Shown here: positions 10,600 to 21,900 of the stretch, piece after piece
Layout of the letters: every line of letters starts with the position of its first letter
Numbering within the stretch: the first letter of the stretch is position 1
Source: Polymyxa betae A26-41
Lineage: Eukaryota; Protista; Endomyxa: Phytomyxea
Reading direction: 5' to 3'
Length of the DNA stretch: 64,000 nt
Assembly (NCBI GenBank): GCA_003693705.1
Contig: RBZT01000127.1
Coordinates: forward strand, 1 to 64,000
Notes under the pieces: generated by a model
Database searches by the model: none
What the model saw: the letters and a program-made list of their open reading frames with translations, nothing else
Told to the model about the DNA's origin: nothing
Position numbers and translations under genes: made by a program

Positions 10600-13403
10600 T
10601 CTGATTTCACCTGCATTCGTTTGTGAGATCTGTGAAGCAGACGATTGCTACAGTCGTCCTGCTTTCTTTGCTGCGCTCTTGGGTGGTTCATCAAGCAGAC
10701 TTTCAGTAGTATCTAGAGGTCGACCATCGTTTTCAAAAGCAGTTTTCCGCTTGTATCGGTCTGGACGTGAGATACCGTGCTTAAGGATTGTCTGTTTCCA
10801 GCGCTCTGGGTCACCTGTACATAACATTCAGTCGATTGTAACTGGGCATCCTATTTTATCTTTCTCCGACCGTATCTAATCGACCGTCCGTGCTTTGTAT
10901 CTTCAAATTCCTGTACAAGATTTGATGAAAACAATAACAAGGCTGATAAGCCAAATACAACCGAGTTATGTTTTTCAGCAATTTGATTGTATAGAGAATG
11001 CATTGACTCAATTGGATTAGAATCAGATCTTCGTTTCTCACCGAAACTATGATCCAAATGGGTTTGATGTGATTTGAAGATTAATTTCGCGCGCAACACT
11101 TTCTTTCCACTGTCATGCCAATTGAGCATGACAGTACGCGCAGCCGCCCAGCCGACCTCCAGGCAGTCGTACTGGCCCTCCCTGAGGGGCTGCGCGGTGG
11201 GCTGCGCCCCTGCTGACGACTCTTATAGGGGAAGCGCCCTAACTGCCACGGACTGCGCGGGTCCCCTCGTCTCCCAACTATGAATGGCGAGGAGCGGCCT
11301 CCACGCAACCATTCCGATCAACTCCAAAATTCATACGTTTCTCATCTCGTCTCCGACTCTCTATTGCTTCGTTCTCTCGCCTCGCCTCACCTCCGACTTC
11401 CCTCCGACCTTCGTCTCCGCTCCGCCTCCGTCTCACCGGCACCGCTCCGTCCTTCCTACGCTCCACTCCGATCCTCTCTCCGCTCCACTCCGCTCCTCTC
11501 TCCGCTCCACTCCGTGCCCGCCGCTCCGCCTCCGAGGACTCCGTGACGTCGCCCCGTTGCAGGACACCGGTCCCCCGCGTCCTACCCTCCGCTCCCGAGT
11601 CATCGCACCGCTTATCTAACCAATAAAAGGGGACCTTTTACTCGATCCTAACATCAACCACCATTGAAACCATTTTAGGATAACGGTCCTGTTTTACCGA
11701 TATTCTCAGATGCCAATGTGATTGGCATTTCAAGTACGTACATGCAGAATCAGAATACACTCATTAAATGCCTCAAGCATAGGTTCCCTCACTGCTTTCA
11801 TCACAAGATTCATGAACTGACCGTTGTCGCCACGGTTTACGACGGCATAGTTTCGAAAGTGAACTTGACATCCTTTCATCAGGGATTCCGCCTTCAGCTT
11901 AAGTGAAGTGAAATCACACATGACATTATTAGCACACATGAATCTGGACGTAACCAACGCGTCGATAAAACCTTCTCTCTGTGCTTGAGAAAAATCCATT
12001 ATTGTTCCACAGGCTTTGTAATATAGAGCAAGCTTATCATCAAAACCACGGCTAAGTGTGGCAATCTGTCGTGTCACTTCTCTAAGAATTGCAATAAAGT
12101 GTGCCTTGAAGTGCTCTCGTGTTAATCGATGAATCCAGGAGAAGGCAATCGGGACCCATCGATACAATAAATTGCAATTTGTTGCCGTTGTGAGGAGATA
12201 CCCCTCCTTAAAAAACGAATATGTAACATCAGAGACAGCACCTTCATCTTGACGTCCGGATGCCTTATTCATGTCACTGAATCTGAGCAATTTAAGTTTT
12301 ACGATCGTTGCAGCAACGACTTGTTCAAACCGGCTTAAGATAAACTTCGTTGCAACAGTAATGTGCATCCTGCTATCGCTTAAGCTGTCAGACAGAATGA
12401 CAGTTTGCACCGAATTTCTGTTGGAATTGTACAATAGACTCTAGAATGAATCGCCTTGACCTGATACAATTTCAGTACACGATTTCAAGAAATAAACCAA
12501 TACCAGGTAAAGTCACCCCTAATTCCATTAACACATTCCGGCGGAAATAAGCAACCCTTGCAATGTTACCGAATGCTTCGTGAATTGAGCGAACAGAATC
12601 AGTCAATGGAATCCCTGTAACAAGTTTGACAGTTTTTGCTGAGGAATCTCTAACAATTCTCTGCGACAAGGCCTTCTTGTCATAATAATCAGCCTTAACA
12701 ACATGCGGAACAGCGTGATGATGGGTTCCTTCGTGGAGAATAATGGCCCTGTCCTTCTGTGAACATTCGATCCATTTGCACGTTGCTGTACAAGTGACAC
12801 GGAAAAGAGCACTGCTGCAAATAGGGCACCTAATGATCGATATCATTTCAAAAATATTCAAACAATTGTTCGCTCAATTGGTACTCGGAATCAAACGCAT
12901 GAGGCGTCTTCTGTTTCGGCCTTAGAGTGAACACGCATTCCTTCTTTTGGCATCGGATGATGCCATTGCATTGTTTGGTGACATTTTTATGAACTTTTCG
13001 GGTTTTCGGCAATCGCTATAGCGAGAGCGGATTACTTTCCATTGCCATTCAAAATAATGGGCCTGGAGATTCGGTTTAAGAGATAATTGGTCAAACTTGA
13101 ATATGCAGTCCCCATTTGGATGCATAGGGACTCCTTCTCATCAAGACCACAGTCCAAAGTGAAGGAGCTAACACTAAATCGAGATCGCGTTTCGAAACCC
13201 CCTGGTGTCCATGTTAGGTCGATTTTGTCCACACAGTGAATATGCTCGGAATCATCCTCTGAAGGGGAGGTGCCATTCAATAAATTCCAAGAGCGAAATG
13301 AATGCGAACTTAATAGAAGATGAATCTCTAAAGATTTCAAAGATGATGGCTCAGTAATTGCAGCAGAATCGTGGAAGCGTTTCGAAGATTCCCCAGAATA
13401 TTC
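10600..13403 (-). pseudogene. Mutator-like (MULE) transposase with N-terminal GCM-like zinc domain, disrupted
   Basis: GCM-like CNGIIRC..C..LRP...CPIC...C...HEGTHHHAVP. MULE core SDVTYSFF, IMDFSQAQREGF, GCQVHF (CxxH), WFQWW, SNPIESMH, NDGRPLDT. The first codons (MDIGFVLCD) lie beyond the Copia at 17596-17622. Confidence 0.75.
11098..11654. mobile_element. Unclassified 557-bp GC-rich insertion inside the MULE transposase
   Basis: Flanked by CAAC (11094-11097, 11655-11658); removing it restores in-frame WFQWWLRAKLIF. Contains a 10-bp hairpin at 11109-11135 and degenerate CTCCG repeats. Confidence 0.6.
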
Positions 13404-13498
13404 ATTTGATAAGATAGACAAGTGAAGTGTGTATTATATCATATACAAAGATATTTACAGAATAGTAACAACATATACTGTAACTGACTGACTCAACT
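13404..13498 (-). repeat. Copia 3' LTR (95 bp)
   Basis: Matches 17497-17590 with one substitution and one indel; preceded on the minus strand by a short purine tract (AGGGAGG). Confidence 0.9.
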
Positions 13499-16400
13499 GC
13501 CTCCCTGAACGAAATGATCATCACCATTCCATTCCACCACTCCGAGCTTCTCTCTTAATTAATGAAACTGAACTCTCGGTAAGGATTTTGTGAAGATATC
13601 TGCCACGTTTTCATGTGACTCTACATATTGGGGTTTAACGTCTCCGAGAATAGTGCGCTCTTGGACATAGCGATTGTGGAGATCGATATGTTTCATTCGA
13701 CTGTGCTTTACTTGTCCATTAGCGAACGCAATAGCCCCTTGGTTATCCTGATGGAGGGTGGTAGGATTATTTTGCGGGAACCCAAGCTCGGAGAAAATAT
13801 TCCGTAGCCATACAATTTCAGATGTCGCTTCTGATGCTGCCATTGTTTCTGCCTCGCAGGCGGATTTGGCGATGGACCTCTGGCGGCGGGATCGGAATGA
13901 TATTGGGCCACTATTCAACATCGTTACGTAGCCTGTGGTTGATCGACGGGAGTTAGGGTCACCAGCCCAGTCGGAGTCCGACTAGGCGAACAACTGTAGA
14001 GGTTGGTCATTCCTGGCTTGCTTGAACCTTATCCCGTAATTCATGGTGCCCTTCAGGTATCGAAAGATACGTTTTACAGCCTGAACATGGTGCCCAGAGG
14101 GCTTGTCTACGAAACGAGATACTTCACCAACGGCGTAGGCGATGTCTGGACTTGTACTTAGCAGATGCAGTAGTTGGCCGACGACTTTCCGGTAGTCAAA
14201 CTCTGATGATTTTGGGTCTTTGCTTTCTGATGAATCCAATTTTGCTCCTGATGCCAAAGGAGTAGGTTCCGTTCCACAATTGTCCATACCGTTTATCCTC
14301 AATATCGATTCTATGTACTTCTTTTGGCACAGGATTACCTTTTTTTCGAGTTACGGTGAACTTCGATTCCAAGGACTTGAGTTATTGGTCCAAGGTCTTT
14401 CATTTGAAATCGTTGTTTTAAGGCTTCTTTTGTTTCTTTGATCAGCTCCGGGTGTCCTGCCAGGCTGATATCATCCACATATAGCGCCATTATCACGAAC
14501 CGGGCTCCATTGTTTTCTTTTAATGTATAGACAGCTTGTTGACAGAACTTTGTTAAATTTTACATCATTCACAAGAAATGAATCTATTTTTTGGTGCCAG
14601 ACTAATGGAGCCTGTTTAGGCCGTATAACGAGCCCAAGAGCCGAACGCATTTTGCATTGGATTTCGGTTTGTAACCTTCCGGTATTTCCATGTATATCTT
14701 CTCTTTGATGTGTCCGTTCAGGAAAGCCGTTACTACGTCCATTACATGAATGTCAATGGTTTCGTCCAGCATACTGAGTCCAAGGAGAAGTCGGATGATG
14801 TCAGCCCTGACCACGGGAGCGTAAGTTTCCTCATAATCAATCCCTTTCTTTTGCGTGTAGCCCTTCACGACAAGACGGGCTTTATGTCGGATTCCTCCGT
14901 CATGTTCGTTTTTAATTTTGAAGAGCCATCTGCCCTGGATTGGTTTGACACCTTTCGGTATCTGATCGCAATCTTGCCACGTTTCATGAAGGAGTAATTG
15001 TCGCACCTCCTCATCAATGGCCTTTGCCCAGTTCTTGGAGTCAGTGCCAGTAACTGCTTCGTCAAACGTTGCAGGTTCTGAACGCGTAGCGATTTTCACC
15101 CATTCACTAGTTACCATATTACCGTAAAAGTCTCGTTGCCTTCTTGCTCTTTGGGGTCTTTTTCCAATGTCAGTGCCATCTATTGAATGCCCATCGTTAT
15201 TATTTTCATTATCACTTTCCATTCCTTGACTGATAGTTTCTTCATCGTCTCTGCTGTTGTCACAATCGTCGACGTTATCATTATCTTCATTTTCTTCGTC
15301 GCGGTCAAATTCATCATCATCATCATCGTTATTGTCACAATCACCCAGATTCCAATCTCGTTCTCCTTCATTTGCATCTTCGTCATCTTCGAGCGCACCC
15401 AGCTCGGTCCTGTCCCCATAACTTCCCTCACGAAAGAAAACGTCACGATGAATTGTAACTTGGTGGGTTTCTGGATCAAAGAGCCTGTATCCCTTCTGAT
15501 GGTCAGAATACCCGATCAGTATGTACCTTTTCGCTCGAGGGCAAAGTTTAGATCTCTTGTTTTCAGGAACTCGAGCATATGCATCACACCCAAATTCGCG
15601 AAGATAGCTGATATCTGGTGTTGTCCGGTAGAACAATCCGTATGGAGTTGCTGGTCGATCTGGATGAGAGCAGAGGTTTAACAAGTGTGTGGCTGTCAGA
15701 ATTGCAGCGCCCAAGAAACGCTTTGATAGTTTGGCTTGGATAAGCATGGCTCTAGCCATGTCCATGAGCGTCAGATGACCTCTTTCCGATACACCATTCT
15801 GCTCGGAACAACCCGGTACTGTCGACTCCCACTTAATTCCATTTTCCTGTAGATAGTGCTGGAATTCGGCACTTAGGAATTCCTTGGCGTTGTCACCTCT
15901 TATTACTTTGATTTTGCTCTCGACCCATTTTTCAGCACATGTATGTAATGTCTTGAACTTTATGAATGCTTCGTTCTTGTGTTTTAAGAGATACGTGACT
16001 TTGAGCCTAGAATAATCCTCAGTGAACTTTATGAAGTATTTTGCTCCACCAAAGGATTCGACAGGTAATGGACCGCATTCGTCAAAATGCCACAGTTCAT
16101 TCAGTGGTCTAGTTCTTGATTTCCTCTTCGGGCGATAAGGTGTCTTTTTCATTTTTCCTTTGACACAGGATGCGCAGAAGGGATTTTCATCCTTAAAGGG
16201 ACAGTTGCCTGTCCCTTGAACAGCTTTAGTATTCACAAGCTTTTTGATGTCGCTAAAATTTCTATGACCAAGTCGTCGATGAAGTGCTTCGAGATCGCTG
16301 ACTGTGGAATTCGACTTGAACGAATTCTCTTTCTTTAGACTTTGTTCACCATCGATAAGGTACATTTTTCCTTCGACGTATCCTTGAATCAGGGTTTTTC

Positions 16401-17496
16401 CATTCTTATCCTTTAGTTTGCACTCCGTTTCTGTGAAGATCATGGATTTCCCACCATTCACAGCTGCAATCGTTGATAGCAGATTTGTTTTTCCTAACGC
16501 AGGTAGGTATAAGGTTTCCAAACTTGTCCTGCTAGTTCGATTTTTCCTTTTGCTTCAGAGAACATATTATTATTATCGGCAATCTCGATCACGGTTGTGT
16601 CTGGCTGGATATCAAATAATTTTGGATTTTGTTCCAGTCATGGTTTTGCTGCATCCTGAATCAGCTATCCACACATCCGAGTTACACAAGGTAATATAAG
16701 CAGAAATTGTTTCTTTATCAGTGTCTTTAGCATCATTGGCGAGTTTCGCGTTCTCCTTTTCTTTCTCTTTCAGCCATTTTGGTTTTTTGTTAGGGAATTT
16801 TTTCCAACAATTCGCCTCGCCTCCTGCATGACTTTTATTGCAGTAGCCGCAAGCTGTTGAAACTCTCAGAGCGAATGATTCCGTGTTTGAGTTATTTGAT
16901 TCCCTCTTTTGGACTCTCGCTTTTTCAGCTTCTAGGATTCGATTGGTCAGGTCGTCAATAGTGATGTGGGCTGACTTGCTGTAGGCTTCGACCAGACTTT
17001 CGAACCGCTGTCGTATGCATACTAATATTGCATGTGGTAAAGCAGTATCTTTCATTGTTTGGAGCGAGCTTTCTTCAACGTTTAAATACAGTTCCTTTTT
17101 CCGGTTGATGAATTTGATGATATCCTCGGTTGGTCCTATTTTCTTGCCATAGAATTCAGACAGCATTTCAGCTGCTGTGTAGTCTGAAAGCTGACCGGCA
17201 ACGATGGCCATGTAATCCCAGACTTCCTTAGCGCTTTTCCTTTCATGGCTTCGTCTTTATAAACGACGCTGAGGCTATTTAGGAGATAACCTCTTGCAAC
17301 CTTATCCTGTTTCTTCGATTCTGCAGTTGGCGTCTCTGTAAGATATTCCTCGAGATCGTTTGCCTCGAAGGCCAACTGGACTTGTCGTTTCCAATTGACG
17401 TATTCATTGCTATTACTGAGCTGGGGAATCTTGCTCAGAAGTTTTTCAGCTCCAACCATTTTTCAATAATTCGTCGACAGACCTGGGCCCATAACC

Positions 17497-17590
17497 AGTT
17501 GATAAGATAGACAAGTGAAGTGTGTATTATATCATATACAAAGATATTTACAGAATAGTAACAACATATACTGTAACTGACTGACTAACT
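17497..17590 (-). repeat. Copia 5' LTR (94 bp)
   Basis: Immediately followed on the minus strand by the PBS at 17483-17496. Confidence 0.9.
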
Positions 17591-17727
17591 TATTCATCAC
17601 ATAATACAAACCCGATATCCATAACTCAACTAAAGATAAACCGAATTCAAACTTGACTGTAAGAGACTCGTTCAAGTAGAAAAATTGCGGGAAAAAATTG
17701 CGGGAATAAAAATTCCAGTGAAAAGTA

Positions 17728-17947
17728 CCGTATATCCCGGGCAAATAACCACCATTTACGCACTTTTTTAATCCATTTTTCTCAATAGGTAACCAAAATG
17801 CTGTATAAAAATGTTTTACATCAGCATGTGTACAATCCAACGACCTTTCTTTTTATGTAAAAATTTTTGGTGAAGCCCATTTGCCGTCTCCAGAAATTGG
17901 ATTCGAAAAAAGGTGCGTAGTGGTGGTTATTTCCCCGGGAACTACGG
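17728..17947. mobile_element. Tc1/mariner-pogo-like MITE (220 bp)
   Basis: TA at 17726-17727 and 17948-17949. TIR CCGTATATCCCGGGCAAATAACCACCA vs reverse complement CCGTAGTTCCCGGGGAAATAACCACCA, extending to ~40 bp. Confidence 0.85.
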
Positions 17948-18607
17948 TAGCAGCCTGCGGACATCCGCAATTTCCGCAATTTCCGGAGGCTGCTCTGTTT
18001 CTCTGCTGACATCTTGGCGTCTCTGGGAAGGCAGTTTGGAGTGCCCATGTCAGCATCAACTGCTCCAGCTGAGCTGACCGATACTTCCACACTTGTCTGC
18101 AAACCAAGAGCAATATTCGATGGAGCAACGAAATGATTTAAAGTTTTATGGCTGTGAGACTCGACACCTACTGTCAGTTCTTCAAAGAAGTAAAGAACAG
18201 CAACAAAGCGCCCATCAAATCCGCCAATTCGTGATGCGATAGGTTCATAATTGGCCAAGAAATGCCGCTATTTCTGAGAAATGGACCCCCCGAGGGTCCT
18301 TTAAAAATAGCTCCACAGGGGTCGAAATCTGATTGGCTCGTTTAATAAATTGCGGTACCGCGTTTTTTACTTGAACCAGTCTCTAATGTGGATATGCGGA
18401 AGCCCCCACGCAATTGCGCAAAGGTAGACAGGAGGAGGTAGACACCCTTGCATTTCTCTGCCTGTCTATCTTTTGCCTGTCTACCTTCTTCAAGTATACC
18501 TTATTAAATTCGAGCACAAGTATAGCAAAAGTGTTCCTGGACAAAGGGAGGACTGCTCAATAAAGGACAAAGCCAAACGAGATCTAGTTTATGGGACTTT
18601 CACGGTC

Positions 18608-18629
18608 TAGGGTTTAGGGTTTAGGGTTT
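18608..18629 (+). repeat. Interstitial telomere-like repeat (TTTAGGG-type, ~3 units)
   Basis: tagggtttagggtttagggttt at the transposon/gene boundary. Confidence 0.7.
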
Positions 18630-18928
18630 CAATGCTTTGTGACACCCTTGAGATAGTGACTGAAGTTGACAAACAATTACCCACTAAACCGCGTGGTAAC
18701 TCTGTACAGACAGTCATACCTGTGACGACGTCACTTGAAACTACACTTCGGTAATGTTATGTTATGGCGGGCCGCGCCCCTTGACAAATGAGGTAAAACG
18801 CCCTACAGAATAATCAGTGTACGAACTGCTGCTAATCATGTTCTCTATCGACGCCTATTTCCAGAAATGCATCATATTGTAAATAGACGCTTGGCTGTTA
18901 GAATTAAGTCGTGATTAGGGTTTTTATT

Positions 18929-21900
18929 TTAAGTGGTCGTTGCAGCCTGGCTTGCAGTTGCTGCTTTCCTTTTGTGTGCCTCCTGCATCTCTTGCATCAA
19001 CGACTTCTGGATTCCAGCCGCGACAAAATATCCAGATCCGGGTTTCGTTGGATTGCTGGCTTCTTCAGCATCTTGTGGCTCGGCAGACTTGAATTTGGTT
19101 AAAGTCGATTCTTTTCTTCTGCTGGTCTCTGGCTTCTTCAAATGACCTCCAGTCTGTTTCGACTTAAGGAAATTGACTTACAATGCAATACCAAAAATCT
19201 CACCATGACCATGGCAAGTGCATTTGCATTCATATCCGAGCTAGAAGGTTTGATAGTACTGGGCCCAATTTCCTGAAACAATCTCGTCGTTATCTCGGTT
19301 CCAAACCACAACAATCTTTACCCTTGAAAAAGTGGCATTTGCTTCGGAAACTGTCGGCTTTAATGAGGCTGGAGATGATCCCGACGTTGTACCTTGTCTT
19401 ATGCTTGAGAGAGATTCTGATGATGTTGCTTCATCGTCGTCTATCTGTGATTTGAGTTCGGCTGGAGAGAACCTGTTGATAATCGAGTTAGCAAAAAATA
19501 AATATCAAATCCAACAGATCACCTCAGCTGCCATTCCTTTTGCACCGATTTTAGCGATTTCGAATCAAAGACTTGAGACCTATACACAATGGCGTTCTCG
19601 ATAATCTTACAGACTAACTGGAACGCCCTCATATCAGCCATTGGATCGGTGGAATTAGTATCAGTTGCAATAAAGTTAGGTGAGAAGACGATAGCAAGAT
19701 TGTGTGGTGTCATCTTGGATTCTTCACTATGTGATGCATATTTGGCAAATAAATCCAGAGTCCATAAGAAGAGTGAACGATAGGGCTCCGTTATTCTAGC
19801 AATTAGCGCATCTGTGTGTTCAACAGACACAAACTGATTCAAATCACTAACAGGTATGCCGTGTAACAATTTTACAGGCATATCTCGAAACCAGACCTAT
19901 ATTTCAAATTACATTGACAATCATTAGCGAGAATGCACCCTGACCTTCATATTATTAGCAACTGAATTGATATCCTGACATTCACGGAACGTGCCATCAT
20001 TGAGCTGTTTCTTGACAGCTTTGGAGTCGGCCTCATCCGGTGCTAGACGAAATATGCCAATTGAGCTGGTCGCATTACGAGAGTCCAGATAAATATCCAT
20101 TTGAACCAGAACAGATGGAATTCCGGCTGGATACCATCGAGCTATAAACAGGCTGAATGTCAAGGCACAACCATAAATGAACACATACCGATATCTTCAG
20201 ATAAAATTAGATCCATAGAAGTCAGGGGAACGCCAAATTGTGGCACTGCAGAATCAAATGCTGAATCCCTTTCTGTAATATCAGCCATACTATCATGAGC
20301 AATACTGATTGATTTCTGGAGAAGCAGATTATAGAAGATCTATAGTACAATACAATACATTTGCCTACATTCATCCGTCTAGAGACACTACTAGATGGAA
20401 TAGCAGCCATTGATTCAGCAGGGTATGTTTGAGCAATGTGTGTCAGCTGATCGATAAGATCGAAACTCTCAGAAGCATCGCCGAAAAGAGATTCAAGTCT
20501 GCGAATAATTGCAAACCTATCCTGAGATGACGGAGGTATAGGCCGATTGGATTGGTTTGCTTCCAATCGGTCAAGTAGAGCTTGTGCAAGAGCTGCCTGA
20601 AAGATAGTTTAGTGATCAATGCATTGACAGAGTTGTAAGATTACGATAGACGATAGTCTGCGAGTAGAACGTCTTTCAACCATAAGTTCACGTAATGTTC
20701 TGTCTACATTCAAATATCGTAATGCTGATTCATTATTAGATCTGATAGCTGCTGCTAACTCAAGAAGGCTAACAGAAACTGATTAGACCTTATGATAGAT
20801 TGAAGTAGACGATAAACGCGGATACCATGAGGAAGGAATGGGATTTCCATCCATATCAATTCGGACTAAGGTCTTTGATTGTGAAATCAACTCTATAATG
20901 GCTGTAAATCCTTTTTCTGATAATCTGTTAGACGAGATGTCGATCTGTTTCAGTGATGGATGCACAATAGCAGCTTCCAGAATGCTGATTACTCCATCCC
21001 CCTGCATAGAAAAGTAACTAAATTTGAACAAGAAAACATACATCATGATATCATACCATGGCGTGCTTGTCATCAGCAGCTAAAGAAATACATTCCAATC
21101 TTGTCAGAGATTGTATTAACTTTGCAAGAGCATCCCCAATCTGTTTGCTCTTCTTGCTATGGTTCAACAGTTTTGGTACTTCAATATTACCATCCAGCGC
21201 CAAATGCTTCAAATTGGAAAACTGCAAAGAGAATACGATTTTAGAGCTGGCATCAAATAACCAGCATTACCTTCTCCAAAGCTTGACATAACTCCTGAAA
21301 TCCATCTCCAAGATTATTATATTGGATGCCCATTGCCACAACATTATCAATAGAACCATGTCTCTTAACGCTGTCAACAACAATCTGACGAGTATCAGCA
21401 AGCATCCTTAATTGGAAAAATAAACCCTCACCTTTGTGAAACTAGCCCCAATATTACAATACGATAAGCTTAAAACAAACTGAAGAGGATTGGAATTATT
21501 CGAGATTCCGTCCAGGATGCCTGCAAGCAAAAAATCGCTTATCTTCGTCCGTTCAATAATGAGATGAGAAAGGGATCTGGTTTGACCGATAATCGATCTG
21601 AGAACTAATGTACATTCTTTGTTAATTTTTAGACCTGAGATAATCAATAATAAGGTGCTATGAACAGAAACACCAAAATTACCAGAAAGATTGAGCATTT
21701 CCATTGTATCCATTGATATGGCTTTATTTTCAGCCAAGGATGTCATAATGTCGTCGACAATAACATCTTAGAAAAGGTTTAGGGTAGTTATAATTAAATC
21801 AAAATACATACTGGTCATGGATAAAGACAGACGTCTTAAGGCTTTACATCTCTTGATAAAGTCGGATAAAGAGCCAGTAAACGATTTACTGAGCTCATTT

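Larger units (their letters stand above)
13404..17590 (-). mobile_element. Full-length Ty1/Copia LTR retrotransposon (4187 bp), frameshifted
   Basis: Gag (17459 start, CGYCNKSH knuckle), protease WIADSGCS, integrase (HRRLGH/CASC, HFDECGP, GDNAKEF, QNGVSER), RT (MDVVTAFLNG, YVDD), RNase H (DSDWAGD, DNQGAI, ADIFTKSL). LTRs at 13404-13498 and 17497-17590; TSD TATTC; PBS GGTTATGGGCCCAG. Confidence 0.95.

Noticed and set aside
15180-15681. Hydrophobic Ile/Met-rich ORFs
   Set aside because: Antisense or alternative frames of the acidic Copia integrase-RT linker.
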